A stretch of DNA of 64,000 nucleotides from Thermosulfidibacter sp. (GTDB lineage Bacteria > Thermosulfidibacterota > Thermosulfidibacteria > Thermosulfidibacterales > Thermosulfidibacteraceae): contig JAGDVO010000001.1 in the NCBI GenBank assembly GCA_023269715.1, positions 33,532-97,531 on the forward strand, given 5' to 3'. Below, in pieces: positions 1-12,100 of the stretch (position 1 is its first letter; each line of letters opens with the position of its first letter). Position numbers and translations under genes: made by a program. Below the pieces are notes generated by a model. That model did no database searches and was not told the origin of the DNA. It saw nothing but the letters and a program-made list of their open reading frames with translations.

Positions 1-1251
1 TATCTCTTCAACAACTATACTATCCGCCTCTCTGAGGATATTCAGCTTCTCCTTGGTAACTTCTCCTAAAACCCTTACAGCAAGACCCGGACCGGGGAAA
101 GGATGTCTGTTAATTATGAAATCAGGTAAACCCAGGATTCTTCCTATTTTTCTCACCTCATCTTTAAAGAGAAACCTAAGTGGTTCAATTAACTCAAACT
201 CCATATCCTCAGGTAACCCACCTACATTATGGTGTGACTTTATTCTACTTGAAGGACCACACACAGAAATGCTCTCTATAACGTCAGGATAAAGAGTACC
301 TTGAGCAAGATACTTTATCCTACCAAATTTTCTCGCTTCCTCTTCAAAAATCCTTATAAAGGTATGTCCTATTATTCTCCTCTTTTCTTCAGGATCAACA
401 ACACCCTTTAGAGCATCCAAAAAACGGTTACTCGCATCAACAAAGTAGACCTTTATACCGAGTTTCTCAAATGTTTCAAGAACCATTACAGCCTCATTTT
501 TCCTGAGTAGGCCATTATTGACAAATATCGGTATAAGACTATCGCCTATGGCCCTATGGATGAGTACCGCAGTAACCGATGAATCGACACCACCAGAAAG
601 AGCTAGAAGAACTCTTTCATTTCCTACTTTTTTCCTTATCTCATTTATCTTGTCTTCTACAAATTTTTCCATGCTCCAATTTTTCTCAGACTTAGTTATC
701 CTAAACACAAAATTCGAAAGGATCCTCTCACCGTAGTCAGTATGACTAACCTCAGGATGGAACTGTAAACCGTATATAGGGAGACTCTTGTGCCTTATAG
801 CACCATAAGGATTATCTCTAGTCCTACCTATAACTTTAAAGACCTCTGGTAACTCAACCACACTATCACTATGACTCATCCAAACAACAAAATTACAAGG
901 TATTCCTTGAAACAACTCATCATTCTCTAAAACTTCGAAATATGCCATACCATATTCCCTTTTATCAGCCTTCTCAACCCTACCACCAAAAATATGAACC
1001 AAAAGCTGCATCCCATAACATATACCGAGTATAGGAATACCGAGCTCAAAAATCTCGGGATCAACTCTTGGAGAATTCTCATCGTAAACACTCATTGGAC
1101 CACCCGATAAAATCAAACCTTTAACGCCACTAGCCACAACACTATCAAGATCTACCCAGGGAGGATGGATCTCGCTATAAACCCCGAGCTCTCTTATCCT
1201 CCTTGCTATCAGTTGGGTATACTGGGAACCGAAATCAATTATTCCAATCAT
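1..1251 (-). CDS. guaA: GMP synthase (glutamine-hydrolysing); C-terminal end cut off by window edge
   Basis: Absent from ORF track because the stop lies beyond position 1. My reverse translation from ATG 1251-1249 gives [24 protein letters not shown]. GATase1 elbow ILGICYGMQ (around 1005-1030) and ATP-PPase loop ALSGGVDS (around 580-603) are present. SD GGGGTGGAG lies upstream. Confidence 0.93.
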   Translation of the reverse strand, partial: MIGIIDFGSQYTQLIARRIRELGVYSEIHPPWVDLDSVVASGVKGLILSGGPMSVYDENSPRVDPEIFELGIPILGICYGMQLLVHIFGGRVEKADKREYGMAYFEVLENDELFQGIPCNFVVWMSHSDSVVELPEVFKVIGRTRDNPYGAIRHKSLPIYGLQFHPEVSHTDYGERILSNFVFRITKSEKNWSMEKFVEDKINEIRKKVGNERVLLALSGGVDSSVTAVLIHRAIGDSLIPIFVNNGLLRKNEAVMVLETFEKLGIKVYFVDASNRFLDALKGVVDPEEKRRIIGHTFIRIFEEEARKFGRIKYLAQGTLYPDVIESISVCGPSSRIKSHHNVGGLPEDMEFELIEPLRFLFKDEVRKIGRILGLPDFIINRHPFPGPGLAVRVLGEVTKEKLNILREADSIVVEEI

Positions 1252-1289
1252 TCTCCACCCCTAAGAAATATGTGTGTACAAAACAATCC

Positions 1290-1787
1290 TCAAAGGGATC
1301 TAAAAGAAAATACCAAAAGAAGTAAAATAGCTATAAAATATAGGAGTATAATATCACTCAAAGATCTTTCCCAACCCTCTACATCGATAACTTCTCCAAG
1401 CCTTTCCTTTAAAACATCCCTTAGATTAGCAATTCTGGAAAAAACAAAAGGTATTATTAGAATGCCTTTTTCACTTTCAACCCAGAGTACTTTTCGCATT
1501 CCAACTTTTACAACTCTAATAGAGTTTATAGCTTCAAAGGCCAGTTTTTTTTTACCAAAGAGCGAGTAAAAAACTAAACCGTTATCCTCCACCTTTATAA
1601 CCCTATAGTTTATGTAAAACACTAGTAGAGTAATTGGAACAGCAAAAATAACTAAAAAAATAAGTGAAAGCTTACCACTATAGTGTAGAAGGTAAAAAAA
1701 GTAGGCCCACAGCACGACTCCTATAACAGCACTCGGTATCATATATATGGGAGATGGGCCGAAGGTCATCTCTCTATTACTCGCCAC
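1290..1787 (-). CDS. hypothetical membrane protein (two N-terminal TM helices, beta-rich middle, C-terminal TM helix)
   Basis: 165-aa ORF co-directional with its neighbours and overlapping the rplS stop by 11 nt. Hydrophobic segments [36 protein letters not shown] and [16 protein letters not shown] recognise no family. Confidence 0.55.
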   Translation of the reverse strand: MASNREMTFGPSPIYMIPSAVIGVVLWAYFFYLLHYSGKLSLIFLVIFAVPITLLVFYINYRVIKVEDNGLVFYSLFGKKKLAFEAINSIRVVKVGMRKVLWVESEKGILIIPFVFSRIANLRDVLKERLGEVIDVEGWERSLSDIILLYFIAILLLLVFSFRSL

Positions 1788-2154
1788 TAGATCTAATTCC
1801 CTTCTTCTCCTTTATCCTAGCTCCTTTACCGTACAGTTTTCTCAGATAGTATAGTCTAGCCCTCCTCACCCTACCTCTTCTGATGATCTCAACGGACTCC
1901 AACTTTGGAGAGTAAAGTGGAAAAATCCTTTCCACAGCGACTCCACCTGAAACCTTTCTTACCGTAAAAGTTCTCCTATGCATAGCCCCTGAAAACCTTA
2001 TCACCACACCTTCAAAAGCCTGTACTCTCTCCTTGTCACCCTCTATAATTCTGAAGTTAACCCTTACAGTATCACCAACCTTGAAGTCAGATAGGCCCTT
2101 TTTTAAGGACTCTTTGAATTCCTTCTCAAGTTCAATAATAGGATCGTCACTCAT
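1777..2154 (-). CDS. rplS: 50S ribosomal protein L19
   Basis: [29 protein letters not shown]...[18 protein letters not shown] is the L19 signature. Sits in the classic rpsP-rimM-trmD-rplS context. Confidence 0.95.
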   Translation of the reverse strand: MSDDPIIELEKEFKESLKKGLSDFKVGDTVRVNFRIIEGDKERVQAFEGVVIRFSGAMHRRTFTVRKVSGGVAVERIFPLYSPKLESVEIIRRGRVRRARLYYLRKLYGKGARIKEKKGIRSSGE

Positions 2155-2735
2155 CTTCCAACCCTCCTTCCCAGTAGTCTATCAACTATTATAGCAGCTG
2201 CACATCTCACTGAGAGATGATTATAATTACCAAGTCCATATATAGGATCAAGAATATAATTGCAACTATCTATAACTTCCTTAGCTAAACCCCACCCTGT
2301 TCCCAAAACTATAGCATAAACATCCTCACTTTCAAACATTAAATCAGAAAGTTCCTCATAAGAAATATTTTTACCTTCCCACCTTTTCGCACTTGTAGCT
2401 ACAAGTATAGGCTTTTTACCCTCCACCTCTTCTATATGCCTTACCGCCTCCTCAATATTTTTCTTAACTATAACTAGCTTCAAAGCCTCATCTCTATTGG
2501 GATTATAAACAGCTCCAAAACCCTGTTTCCAATGGGTAACTATCCTTTCAACCATCATCTGCTGGTAACGTAAGGGTGTAACCATTATAAAACCTTTACC
2601 CTCATATGTCCTAGTGAGGCGAGCCATGTCATGGATATCGAGATTAGTTATAGAGGATACAACCACTTTGCCTCTCTTATTGTAAACCGGATAGTGAACC
2701 AGTAATAAATAAAAGAAAGGGATTTTAATACTCAA
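2151..2735 (-). CDS. predicted SAM-dependent RNA methyltransferase (SPOUT-like, Methyltrn_RNA_4-type family)
   Basis: N-terminus [30 protein letters not shown] matches my memory of the family found between trmD and rplS in some thermophiles. ATGA overlaps on both sides. The family call is from memory, not a search. Confidence 0.6.
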   Translation of the reverse strand: MSIKIPFFYLLLVHYPVYNKRGKVVVSSITNLDIHDMARLTRTYEGKGFIMVTPLRYQQMMVERIVTHWKQGFGAVYNPNRDEALKLVIVKKNIEEAVRHIEEVEGKKPILVATSAKRWEGKNISYEELSDLMFESEDVYAIVLGTGWGLAKEVIDSCNYILDPIYGLGNYNHLSVRCAAAIIVDRLLGRRVGR

Positions 2736-3469
2736 TATACATACCCCCTACCACGTATTACTGCCTCCAAAAACAATCTATCCTCTTCCGTCAACTTGGC
2801 ATTTTTCAGCAAGTCCGGTCTTCTTTCGAAGGTAATCTTCAACCTCATAAATCTCCTCCACCTTCTTATCCTCTCGTGATTGCCACTTCTTAAGACTTCC
2901 GGAACCCCGTAACCCATAAAATAATCTGGTCTCGTGTACTGGGGATACTCCAATAGACCATCACTAAAGGATTCTTCCGCTATAGAATCAGCATCACCAA
3001 CAACTCCTGGTATCAACCTAGCTACAGCATCAAAAATAACAAGAAAGGCATATTCACCACCAGACAAAACAAAATCACCTATCGAAACCTCATCATCCAC
3101 AAAATAACTAACTCTATCATCTATTCCTTCATACCTTCCACATATGAAAGTTAAAGAGGGTAACTTTGAGTATTCCTTAGCAATATTCTGATTGAAAACC
3201 TTTCCTCTTGGCGTAAGTAGAATAACCCTAGTCTCAGGATCCCTTTCTTTCACATAGTTTATAGCAGAAACTATCGGTTCAACCTTCATGACCATACCCG
3301 AGCCACCGCCATAAGGTTCATCATCTACAGTTCTATGTCTATCGTGGGTAAAATCCCTGGGATTTATAGCCTTGACGTCTATCAGACCCCTATCTATAGC
3401 TTTTCTCAAAACACTTATCATAGAGGCATACACTATTTCGGGGAATATAGTTATAACCCAAAATCTCAA
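2732..3469 (-). CDS. trmD: tRNA (guanine37-N1)-methyltransferase
   Basis: [13 protein letters not shown]..., [47 protein letters not shown] are typical TrmD motifs. Confidence 0.95.
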   Translation of the reverse strand: MRFWVITIFPEIVYASMISVLRKAIDRGLIDVKAINPRDFTHDRHRTVDDEPYGGGSGMVMKVEPIVSAINYVKERDPETRVILLTPRGKVFNQNIAKEYSKLPSLTFICGRYEGIDDRVSYFVDDEVSIGDFVLSGGEYAFLVIFDAVARLIPGVVGDADSIAEESFSDGLLEYPQYTRPDYFMGYGVPEVLRSGNHERIRRWRRFMRLKITFERRPDLLKNAKLTEEDRLFLEAVIRGRGYVY

Positions 3470-3969
3470 ACCAAACCCTCTATCGTTCTTATAACTATTC
3501 TTCCCTTAGGCTTATCTATTGTTTCTACAAAAACAGAAGGTATCAGTCTTTCATAATTCCCTTCCTTGATAACGAATATGTCATGGGGACCAACATCTAT
3601 AAAATCATCAACTATCCCAACAAAAGCACCGTCAAGAGTGTAAACCTCAAACCCTATCAGCTCAAATCTGTAAAACTCACCCTCTGGTAGAGGTACCAGA
3701 TTTTCAACCTCAACTTCTAAAAACCATCCTTTAAAAAACTTTACAGCTTCTCTCGTATCAATACCCTTAAACTTTATTATAAAATGGTCCCCCTTATATA
3801 TACAATACTCAACCTCTAACAAAATTCTCCTTTCACCACGCCTAGCATAAAAGAACTTCTGTTTTGTAACATTCTCGATTATATCTGTCTCTATGGAGCA
3901 CTTGGCCTCACCTTTCAACCCAAACGGCTCTAAAACCTTACTTACTATTGCGAAACTTAAACCTCTCAT
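3466..3969 (-). CDS. rimM: 16S rRNA processing protein RimM
   Basis: [15 protein letters not shown]-terminal barrel and C-terminal PRC-like domain, in the operon position before trmD. The track start is TTG 3975; ATG 3969 is used here and either is possible. Confidence 0.88.
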   Translation of the reverse strand: MRGLSFAIVSKVLEPFGLKGEAKCSIETDIIENVTKQKFFYARRGERRILLEVEYCIYKGDHFIIKFKGIDTREAVKFFKGWFLEVEVENLVPLPEGEFYRFELIGFEVYTLDGAFVGIVDDFIDVGPHDIFVIKEGNYERLIPSVFVETIDKPKGRIVIRTIEGLV

Positions 3970-3978
3970 GGGCAAATG

Positions 3979-4009
3979 AAGATTTAAAAGAAAGGAGGGG
4001 GCCCCTCCT
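3979..4009 (-). terminator. GC-rich hairpin plus U-tract between the KH-protein gene and rimM (intrinsic terminator or attenuator candidate)
   Basis: The minus strand reads AGGAGGGG-C-CCCCTCCT (3993-4009; at least a 7-bp G/C-rich stem), followed immediately by TTCTTTTAAATCTT. This is the only such structure I found in any gap of this window. Confidence 0.5.
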
Positions 4010-4011
4010 CT

Positions 4012-4245
4012 CTATTCAAGAATTTCAAGAACTGCTCTTTTATTGTGCTTAGCAGCAGCAGCAGCTAGAACTGTTCTAATTGCCCTTGCAGTCCTACCCT
4101 CCTTACCAATTATCTTACCAAGGTCTTCTTTAGCTACCTTGAGTTCAACTACCACCGTCTTCTCACCTACAACCTCAGTAACCTCCACCTTCTCTGGAGT
4201 GTCCACTATAGCCTTCACTATCTTCTCAATCAACTCTTTGAACAT
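4012..4245 (-). CDS. KH-domain RNA-binding protein (YlqC/UPF0109 family)
   Basis: [19 protein letters not shown] is a GxxG KH loop. Conserved position between rpsP and rimM. The track start GTG 4260 contains the SD GGAGGTG itself; ATG 4245 lies 6 nt downstream of that SD. Confidence 0.85.
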   Translation of the reverse strand: MFKELIEKIVKAIVDTPEKVEVTEVVGEKTVVVELKVAKEDLGKIIGKEGRTARAIRTVLAAAAAKHNKRAVLEILE

Positions 4246-4270
4246 CATCCACCTCCACACTCAAGTTCTT

Positions 4271-4519
4271 TTAGGAAACGTAAATCCCCACCTTTCTCAA
4301 CAACCCTCTAACAGCATTCGTAGGTTGAGCACCTCTATCCAACCAAGTCTTAACCTTCTCGGCATTAACCTTGATCTCGGTAGGATCTTTCAAAGGATCA
4401 TAATAACCTAGGATATCGAGAACCTTACCATCCCTAGGCGCTCTACTATCGGCGACAACCACTCTGTAGAAGGGACGATTCTTTCTGCCCATCCTCGTCA
4501 ACCTAATCCTTACCACCAA
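4271..4519 (-). CDS. rpsP: 30S ribosomal protein S16
   Basis: [32 protein letters not shown] is the canonical S16 N-terminus. Confidence 0.96.
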   Translation of the reverse strand: MVVRIRLTRMGRKNRPFYRVVVADSRAPRDGKVLDILGYYDPLKDPTEIKVNAEKVKTWLDRGAQPTNAVRGLLRKVGIYVS

Positions 4520-4527
4520 AACACCTC

Positions 4528-5901
4528 CTATTTGAACATCTTTAGTATTTTTTCCAAACTGCCCATACTCATAAGTTTCATCACTCTTTCCATTTCATTT
4601 AATCTCTTTTTATCTTTTTTCAACTCCTTCATAGTCTTTTTGATTCTATTGTACTGCTTCAGAACTCTATTTACCATTTCTACATTTGTACCCGAACCCC
4701 TCGCAATCCTTCTTTTCCTGCTTGAATCTATTATATTGGGGTTTCTCCTCTCCTCAACAGTCATAGAGTTGATAACAGCTTCCATATGAGCTATTTCCTT
4801 ATCACTAAAACCACTCCCTTGCAATAGATTTTTGTAAGAACCCAAACCAGGTATCATTTCTATTATACTACCAAGTGATCCCATTTTCCTCAGAAGCTTA
4901 AGCTGCTCCCTAAAATCCTCAAGTGTAAAATCACCAACAAGGAATCTCTCCTCCATGCTTTTTATCTTATCTTCACTTACAGCACCTTTTACCTTTTCAA
5001 CGAGAGTAAGAACATCTCCCATACCAATGATCCTACCTGCAACTCTGTCGGGATGAAACCTTTCAAGATGATCAACCTTCTCCCCTACCCCAACAAACTT
5101 AATAGGAACACCTGCTACCTTCCTAACAGATAAAGCTGCACCACCCCTTGCATCACCATCCATCTTAGTAAGGATAACACCCGTAAGTCCTACCCTCTCT
5201 TTAAAGACTTTGGCAACGTTAGCTGCCTCCTGACCAGTCATAGCATCAACGACAAGCACTATCTCTGTAGGCTTTACCACATCCCTTATGTTCACCAATT
5301 CCTGCATCATAAACTCATCCATATGTAACCTACCAGCGGTATCGAGTATCACAAAATCTCTACCCCTCTCTTTAGCATAGAGAACGCCACCTTTCGCAAT
5401 TTCAGGAGGTGGAGCATCCTTGTGGAAAAAATCAACATTTATGGTTTCAGCAAGAACTTTGAGCTGAATAATGGCAGCGGGTCTATATACATCACACGCA
5501 ACCAGAACTGGATGTCTACCGGAATTCTTAAGGAAATTGGCCAATTTCGCACAAGTGGTAGTCTTACCAGAACCCTGTAAACCAACCATCATCACAACAG
5601 TGGGTGGTGAAGGAGAAACCACCAAATCAGATCCACCACCTCCTAGGTACTCAACCAACTTCTCATAGACTGCTCTAACAACCTCTTCATGAGGTTTCAA
5701 ACCACTAGCTATCTCTCTACCAACTAGATCAACCTTAAGTTCTTCAATAAACTCCCTCACAACCTTAATGTTAACATCAGCCTCTATAAGAGCTACCTTT
5801 ATTTCTGATAGAACGTTATCTATATCGCTTACAGAGAGCCTCCCTTTTCTACTTGCCTTTCCCAGTATACTCCTTAACCTATCAGATAACACTTCAAACA
5901 T
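4528..5901 (-). CDS. ffh: signal recognition particle protein Ffh
   Basis: N-G domain with [15 protein letters not shown] and TKMDGD motifs, plus a Met-rich M domain at the C-terminus. Confidence 0.97.
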   Translation of the reverse strand: MFEVLSDRLRSILGKASRKGRLSVSDIDNVLSEIKVALIEADVNIKVVREFIEELKVDLVGREIASGLKPHEEVVRAVYEKLVEYLGGGGSDLVVSPSPPTVVMMVGLQGSGKTTTCAKLANFLKNSGRHPVLVACDVYRPAAIIQLKVLAETINVDFFHKDAPPPEIAKGGVLYAKERGRDFVILDTAGRLHMDEFMMQELVNIRDVVKPTEIVLVVDAMTGQEAANVAKVFKERVGLTGVILTKMDGDARGGAALSVRKVAGVPIKFVGVGEKVDHLERFHPDRVAGRIIGMGDVLTLVEKVKGAVSEDKIKSMEERFLVGDFTLEDFREQLKLLRKMGSLGSIIEMIPGLGSYKNLLQGSGFSDKEIAHMEAVINSMTVEERRNPNIIDSSRKRRIARGSGTNVEMVNRVLKQYNRIKKTMKELKKDKKRLNEMERVMKLMSMGSLEKILKMFK

Positions 5902-5903
5902 TT

Positions 5904-6446
5904 CTAATCACCTCCTATCTTAAAACCAAATCTTTCCGCTTCTGAATAAATACAACCACAGTAATCCTGCCTGTATAACCCAAGACTTTTAGATTCTTCT
6001 ATGCCCTCTTTCCATCCCTCTCTAAAATCTCTATAGTAAAATTTTACACCTTTAGTTGCCGCCACACTCTCAGCTATCTTCACTATAAGTTCATGCTTCT
6101 GATGTTTGCTGTATAGCAAAGTGGTGGTAAAAAAATCAAAATTACCTTTTTTAGCTACTGAAGCCACCCTTTCAAGTCTCAAGCTATAACAAAAATAACA
6201 ACGCTTAGACTCTCTAAAAGCAACGTTTCTTGTAAAGTTCACGATGTCATACTCATCTAAATATATAACCTTGATTCCTTTCAATTCACTAAAATTCAAA
6301 AGAGCTTCCTTCCTTTTCAGATACTCCCTATAGGGATGGATATTGGGATTATACCACAATACATAAATTTCATCAAATTCTCTACTTAAAACATTATAGG
6401 GATAGAGCAAGCAATTGGCACAACAGGCATGGATAAGTATCCTCAT
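5904..6446 (-). CDS. queH: epoxyqueuosine reductase QueH (DUF208 family)
   Basis: HACCANC N-terminal Cys motif, CYFCYSLRL, and C-terminal [12 protein letters not shown], typical of QueH. Confidence 0.85.
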   Translation of the reverse strand: MRILIHACCANCLLYPYNVLSREFDEIYVLWYNPNIHPYREYLKRKEALLNFSELKGIKVIYLDEYDIVNFTRNVAFRESKRCYFCYSLRLERVASVAKKGNFDFFTTTLLYSKHQKHELIVKIAESVAATKGVKFYYRDFREGWKEGIEESKSLGLYRQDYCGCIYSEAERFGFKIGGD

Positions 6447-7396
6447 TTAGATAGACCCCTTATATACTCAAATGCCTTAACTGTAGCCATCCTTCCCTTT
6501 GAAGTTCTCTTTATGAAACCCTCTCTTATCAAAAAGGGCTCGTAAACCTCTTCTATGGTCCTCCTATCCTCCCCAAGACTTATACTTAGGGTATCAAGAC
6601 CAACTGGACCACCGCTATAGTTCTCAACTATAACCATAAGCAACCTTCTACATACGTTATCCAAACCAAACTCATCTATCCCCAACTCCTCAAAAGCCTT
6701 CATAGTTAGATCTAGATCTATCACCCTTATACCCTTAACCTCACCAAAATCCCTAACTCTCCTTAACAGACTTATAGCTATCCTAGGAGTACCCCTAGAC
6801 CTCCTAGCTATCTCATATGCCGCATCATCAGCCACATCCACACCAAAAATAGAAGCACTCCTTTTCACAATCTCCTTCAGCTCATCCAATGTATAATAAC
6901 CGAGCTTAACAACTATTCCAAACCTACTTCTTAAAGGAGCCGATATAAGACCTTCTCTAGTTGTGGCACCTATCAACGTGAATCTTGCAAGATTCAATCT
7001 AACCGAACGTGCTCCAGGACCACTTCCAAGCACAACATCAACCGCAAAATCTTCCATAGCTGAGTATAAAACCTCTTCTATACTTCTACTAAGTCTATGG
7101 ATTTCATCTATAAAGAGTACCTCACCCTCTTCAAGAGTGGTTAACATCGCAATTAGATCACCTTGCCTCTCTATTGCAGGACCACTTGTGATCTTTATCC
7201 TCCTATTCAGTTCACTAGCAACGACAAAGGCAAGCGATGTCTTACCCACACCTGGAGGCCCACACAGCAACATATGATCCAGAGGTTCATTTCTTAATCT
7301 AGAAGCTTCGAGAAAGATCCTTAAGGTGCCTTTCACCTTCTCCTGGCCTATAAAATCATCTAAATTCTTCGGCCTTATATGATTAAGTTTAACCAT
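6443..7396 (-). CDS. ruvB: Holliday junction branch migration ATPase RuvB
   Basis: [15 protein letters not shown], Walker [18 protein letters not shown] and the arginine sensor region. The track start is TTG 7408; ATG 7396 follows a GGTGA SD. Confidence 0.95.
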   Translation of the reverse strand: MVKLNHIRPKNLDDFIGQEKVKGTLRIFLEASRLRNEPLDHMLLCGPPGVGKTSLAFVVASELNRRIKITSGPAIERQGDLIAMLTTLEEGEVLFIDEIHRLSRSIEEVLYSAMEDFAVDVVLGSGPGARSVRLNLARFTLIGATTREGLISAPLRSRFGIVVKLGYYTLDELKEIVKRSASIFGVDVADDAAYEIARRSRGTPRIAISLLRRVRDFGEVKGIRVIDLDLTMKAFEELGIDEFGLDNVCRRLLMVIVENYSGGPVGLDTLSISLGEDRRTIEEVYEPFLIREGFIKRTSKGRMATVKAFEYIRGLSK

Positions 7397-7955
7397 TTTG
7401 CTCACCAAGTTTCAAAAGCACTTTTTTAATCAACTCCTCCACAGGTAAATTTATATTCTCAATAATATAACCCAAAACAGCCTTTACCTCTCTTTTACTA
7501 TAGCCAAGTCTGTATAGAGCCTCAACTATCTCCTTCACTCTACTATCGTAAATTATACTAACCTCATCCTTAAGTTCGGAAAGTATCCTCCTCGCACTTT
7601 TCATGCCTACCCGAGGTACTTCTCCAAGTGTAACAAGATCCTCCTCTTTTAAAACCCTCATCAGACCATCCACACCGAGATGAGAGATTATGGAAAGGGC
7701 TATTTGAGGACCTATCTTCGGTATCTCTACAATCCTATCAAATATCTCAACTTCCCTCTCATCCAAAAAACCGTAAATCTTAATTTCCCTCTGGCTCACA
7801 TGGACCCTGACCCAAAGGAAGATATCATCACCGATTTTTGGCATCAAACTCTCATCGTACTCAGGAGTAAGTACAGAAAAACCAAGACCGTTCACATTCA
7901 CAAGAACCCTGTGCTTTTCCCTTCTCACCAGTTTACCGCTTATAAAGCTTATCAT
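7389..7955 (-). CDS. ruvA: Holliday junction DNA-binding protein RuvA
   Basis: [11 protein letters not shown]-terminal OB domain, HhH region IPKIGPQIALSIIS and GMKSARRIL, sitting between ruvC and ruvB. Confidence 0.9.
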   Translation of the reverse strand: MISFISGKLVRREKHRVLVNVNGLGFSVLTPEYDESLMPKIGDDIFLWVRVHVSQREIKIYGFLDEREVEIFDRIVEIPKIGPQIALSIISHLGVDGLMRVLKEEDLVTLGEVPRVGMKSARRILSELKDEVSIIYDSRVKEIVEALYRLGYSKREVKAVLGYIIENINLPVEELIKKVLLKLGEQNG

Positions 7956-8407
7956 AGGATACCTTCGGCTACAAAATATGTGTAGACAAGGGCAAGTGCA
8001 TCAGCTTCATGCTCAGAATTTATGGAATCGTAACCGAATAACCTTCTCACCATCCACATAATCTGATCCTTGGAAGCCCTTCCATTACCTGTCAACATTC
8101 TCTTTATCTCACTGGGATGGTACTCCTTGTAATCGATACCAAACAGACTAACAACCCCTATTATGGCTCCCCTTACCTCAGAAAGTTTAAAAGCACTATC
8201 AACGTTTCTACCATAAAAAGCCCTTTCCATAACAGTAACCTGTGGCTTATATCTCTCAACAACAGATTTAACAACGTTCACGACCAATCCTACCCTATCT
8301 AACTTTTCTCCCTTTAGATGGATCGTGTCCAAAAAAAGGACATCAAGATACCTACAAACAGCAATCCCTGTTTTTATGTAGCCTGGATCAATGGCCATAA
8401 CTACCAT
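7952..8407 (-). CDS. ruvC: crossover junction endodeoxyribonuclease RuvC
   Basis: [13 protein letters not shown] (catalytic Asp), MERAFYG and EHEADALAL motifs of the RNase H-fold RuvC. Confidence 0.9.
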   Translation of the reverse strand: MVVMAIDPGYIKTGIAVCRYLDVLFLDTIHLKGEKLDRVGLVVNVVKSVVERYKPQVTVMERAFYGRNVDSAFKLSEVRGAIIGVVSLFGIDYKEYHPSEIKRMLTGNGRASKDQIMWMVRRLFGYDSINSEHEADALALVYTYFVAEGIL

Positions 8408-9147
8408 TTGATATTAGCAAGAACCTCTTCGGGAATATCAAAATTGGCGTAAACCTCCTGAATATCATCGTGATTTTCAAGCGCATCAAGAAGTTCCAAT
8501 AGTTTTTCAGCCTTCTCACCTTCTACCTTAACCACAGTCTTCGGGATATAGGTTAGAGAATACCTAGCTATGTCAAGTCCCCTACCAACAAGGAAATCCT
8601 TTACCCTTTCAAGGTCCTCGGGTTGTGTTACAACTTCTGCCGTACCCTCTTCAAACCTTACATCTATGGCACCAGCTTCAAGAGCAACTTCAAGCAAACT
8701 ATCTTCATCAAAATCGCTCTCTATTCTTATGACGCCCCTCCTATCAAAAAGCCAGCTAGTACAACCAGCCTCCCCCAAACTACCACCATGTTTTGTAAAT
8801 ATAGATCTTACCTCGGAAACCGTTCTATTCCTGTTATCCGTTATAGCTTCAACAAGAATCGCCACTCCACCTGGACCGTATCCTTCATAAATCACTTCCT
8901 CATAGGTAGCACCTGATATCTCGCCTGTACCTCTCTTTATGGCCCTTTCTATATTCTCCTTGGGCATATTCACAGATTTAGCAGTTTCAATAGCCCTTCT
9001 CAATCTAGGATTAGAAGCAGGATCTCCTCCGCCGAGTCTAGCAGCAACTATTATTTCCCTCGTAACCTTGGTGAAAATCTTACCCCTCTTCGCATCCTCC
9101 CTCATCTTCTTGTGTTTTATATTAGCCCACTTTGAGTGACCAGCCAT
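8401..9147 (-). CDS. yebC: YebC/PmpR family DNA-binding transcriptional regulator
   Basis: [14 protein letters not shown]...[12 protein letters not shown] is the invariant YebC N-terminus. Commonly linked to ruvC. Confidence 0.92.
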   Translation of the reverse strand: MAGHSKWANIKHKKMREDAKRGKIFTKVTREIIVAARLGGGDPASNPRLRRAIETAKSVNMPKENIERAIKRGTGEISGATYEEVIYEGYGPGGVAILVEAITDNRNRTVSEVRSIFTKHGGSLGEAGCTSWLFDRRGVIRIESDFDEDSLLEVALEAGAIDVRFEEGTAEVVTQPEDLERVKDFLVGRGLDIARYSLTYIPKTVVKVEGEKAEKLLELLDALENHDDIQEVYANFDIPEEVLANIKW

Positions 9148-9158
9148 ACTCCAACCCC

Positions 9159-12100
9159 CTAAAGTGAGTCTCTAAGTTTACTAATAACAACATGCCAAGG
9201 GATAAGATCCTTTCTTTCAGAAACAAGAAGTTTTTCTATCTCCTTCTCAATAACCTTCCATATTTTAAAGCAATTTTCAGTTACGTTTTCAATATCTTGG
9301 GACATATCACCTTTTAGACACGATGCCATTTCCATAACCAACTTTCTACGGGTCATAAAAAGGTCCCTACGCAAATACCTGTAAAATTGCCAATCCCACC
9401 AATCTCTCTTCCCAGCCTCAAAAAGCGCTCTATCTATCTCGGTTATCCTAAAAATTCTGTTAGTGAGCTCATAAATATGAGCCGTCACCTCAAGTGGTCT
9501 ACCTGTATATTCAGAGAGTGTTATTATATCAAGAATATCAACCAAAAGTGGTAAAATTGCCAATTCCTTTGCCACTTTCATATCAAAACCAGCCTCGGTG
9601 TACATATTGATTCTATCCCTGATAATACCATTTTTCATTATGACCTGCTGAGAAAACTTGTACTCCTTCAAATCGGATACCATTTTTCTATATTTCTCTA
9701 TTACATTCTGCATCGGTAACCAATCACCCACAAAGTAACTGCTCCACGTTACCATTTCAGATACAACCTTTGAAAGATCAAGATAAGCCCTGTACTGAAC
9801 GGAAGGCTCTACTATCCCATCAAAAGAAGATATCATCCCGATGTAATTATCCACATCCAGTATGCCTGAAACCATTATATAGGTTACCGCAACCTCATGT
9901 GGTTCCATACCATTTTTATAACCCATGGAATGAACAAAAGTAGACCCCATAATATCAACCATTTTATTTGTTACAACAGTTGCTATGATCTCCCTCTTAA
10001 GAGGATGTTTAGTAAGGTAGCCTCCGTAGCTCTCAACTATCTTCGGTGGGAAATATTCCTTCAAAAAACTTACCATGTAGGGATTATCTAAAATCCTACT
10101 TTCTAAAAGACTCCTTTTAACCCATATCTTTTCATAGGATATCAATTGAGCAACTTCGGGTCTTGTAAGACCTATCTTCGAATTCATCCTATGGACAAAT
10201 TCAGTCTTTGAGGGTAGAACCGCTTCCCTTCTATCGAGGATCCTTTTACTTTCAAGGTCATCAACAGCTATCACAAAATCCTCAAGATTTTCCTTTGACC
10301 TCATCACGTCTAAACTTATAGCAAGACTTTGCATGTAGTTATTGGCAAAGACCTTCTCAAGAACCTCATCTATCACATCCTCTATGATCCTCAACCTATC
10401 TTCCTCACTTATCACACCTTCTGATACCAGTGTGTTTAGAAGTATCTTTATATTAACTTCGTAATCTGAAGTATTTACACCGGCCGAATTATCAACGGAA
10501 TCCATGTTTATCTTACCACCGTTTAATGCATACTCTATTCTTGCCTTCTGAGTAAAACCTAAATTACCACCTTCACCAACAACCTTAACCTTGAGATCCC
10601 TGGCATCAACCCTGACACTGTCATTATGAGGATCCATCACCTCTAGATTTGTCTCTGTGGAAGCTTTAACGTAAGTCCCTACCCCTCCATTCCATAGCAG
10701 ATCCGCTGGTACCTTCAAAATAAGCTTTATCAACTCTTCGCCCGATACCTCCACTTCATTAACTCCTAGCACTTTCCTCGTCTCCTCAGAAAGCCTTATA
10801 GCCCTTGCATCTCTTCTTGCCACAAAACCACCTTTGCTTATAAGCTCCTGATTATAACCGTCCCAATCCCTAACTTCCCTAAACAATCTTAGCCTCTCAT
10901 TATAAGAAGCTTCCAGATCTGGATCGGGATCTACAAAGATGTATCTATGGTTGAAAGCTGCTATTAGCTTTATATTTTTGCTATAGATCATACCATTACC
11001 AAAGACATCACCGGACATATCACCTATTCCAACAACTGTTATAACATCCCTATCTATATTTTTACCTATCTCTAATAAATGCCTTTTGACACATATCCAA
11101 GCACCTTTAGCAGTTACTCCGAACTTTTTGTGGTCATAACCTGTAGAACCACCAGAGGCAAAAGCATCTCCAAGCCAATATCCGTAACTCTTAGCTATAG
11201 AATTGGCTAAATCGGACATCCTTGCGGTACCCTTATCAGCCGCAACTACAAGATAATAATCATCCCCATCATAGCAAACCACATCATCAGGCTTTTTAAT
11301 CTCACTGTTAACGATATTATCCGTTATATCCAAAAGCCCCTTTATAAAATCGCTATAGGCTCTTTCCACGCTACCAACACCCTGACCTTTAACCACAAAA
11401 CCACCCTTAGCACCTGTAGGAACTATAATGGCATTTTTCAAAACCTGTGTTTTCATCAACCCCAAGATTTCCGTCCTAAAATCGTCGGGTCTATCACTCC
11501 ACCTTATACCACCCCTTGCAATCCTACCAGCCCTCAAATGAACAGCTTCAGTATTCACAGAATGTACGTACGTTTCAAACATGGGTTTATAACCTGTAAG
11601 ATCCTCAAGCTTCGAACAATCTATCTTAACTGAAATGTAATTGCCATCCTTCTTTTTAAAGAAATTGGTCCTAGTCGTTGCCTCCACCAGATTAAGATAT
11701 GTTCTAAAAACCTTTTCCTCAGCAAGGGTAGGTATTGTTGTTAATAGCTTCAAAAACTCTTCCTTCTTACTTTTGAAAAGTTTTTTCCTCTCCTCTATGG
11801 AGCCGGCAAAAGATGGGTCAAACTTGATTCCGAAAAGATTCACAAGCATCCTGACCAAACTTGAATAATTCAGAAAAGCATTATATGTGGTTGCATAGGT
11901 AATCTGAGGTTTTATCTGTCTAAGGTAATTCCTATAGGTTCTAAGAAGGTCAACCTCTCTCCAGTTAAGACCGCCCACCACAACAAGTCCATTTAAAGGA
12001 TCCGATTCCATCCCAGAATTTAGAACCTTCTCTATCGCCTCAGAAAGGAGATCCAAGATATCCTTCCTTATTAAAGAGCTGTTCTTAACATTAACGTAGT

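Noticed and set aside
1545-1553. Homopolymer T9 (A9 on the coding strand), plus several A8 runs (for example near 46510, 32265, 55185 and 55451), as possible phase-variation or slippage sites.
   Set aside because: All of them encode Lys-Lys-Lys stretches in a lysine-rich proteome and sit in frame within intact ORFs. No sign of frameshifted gene halves.
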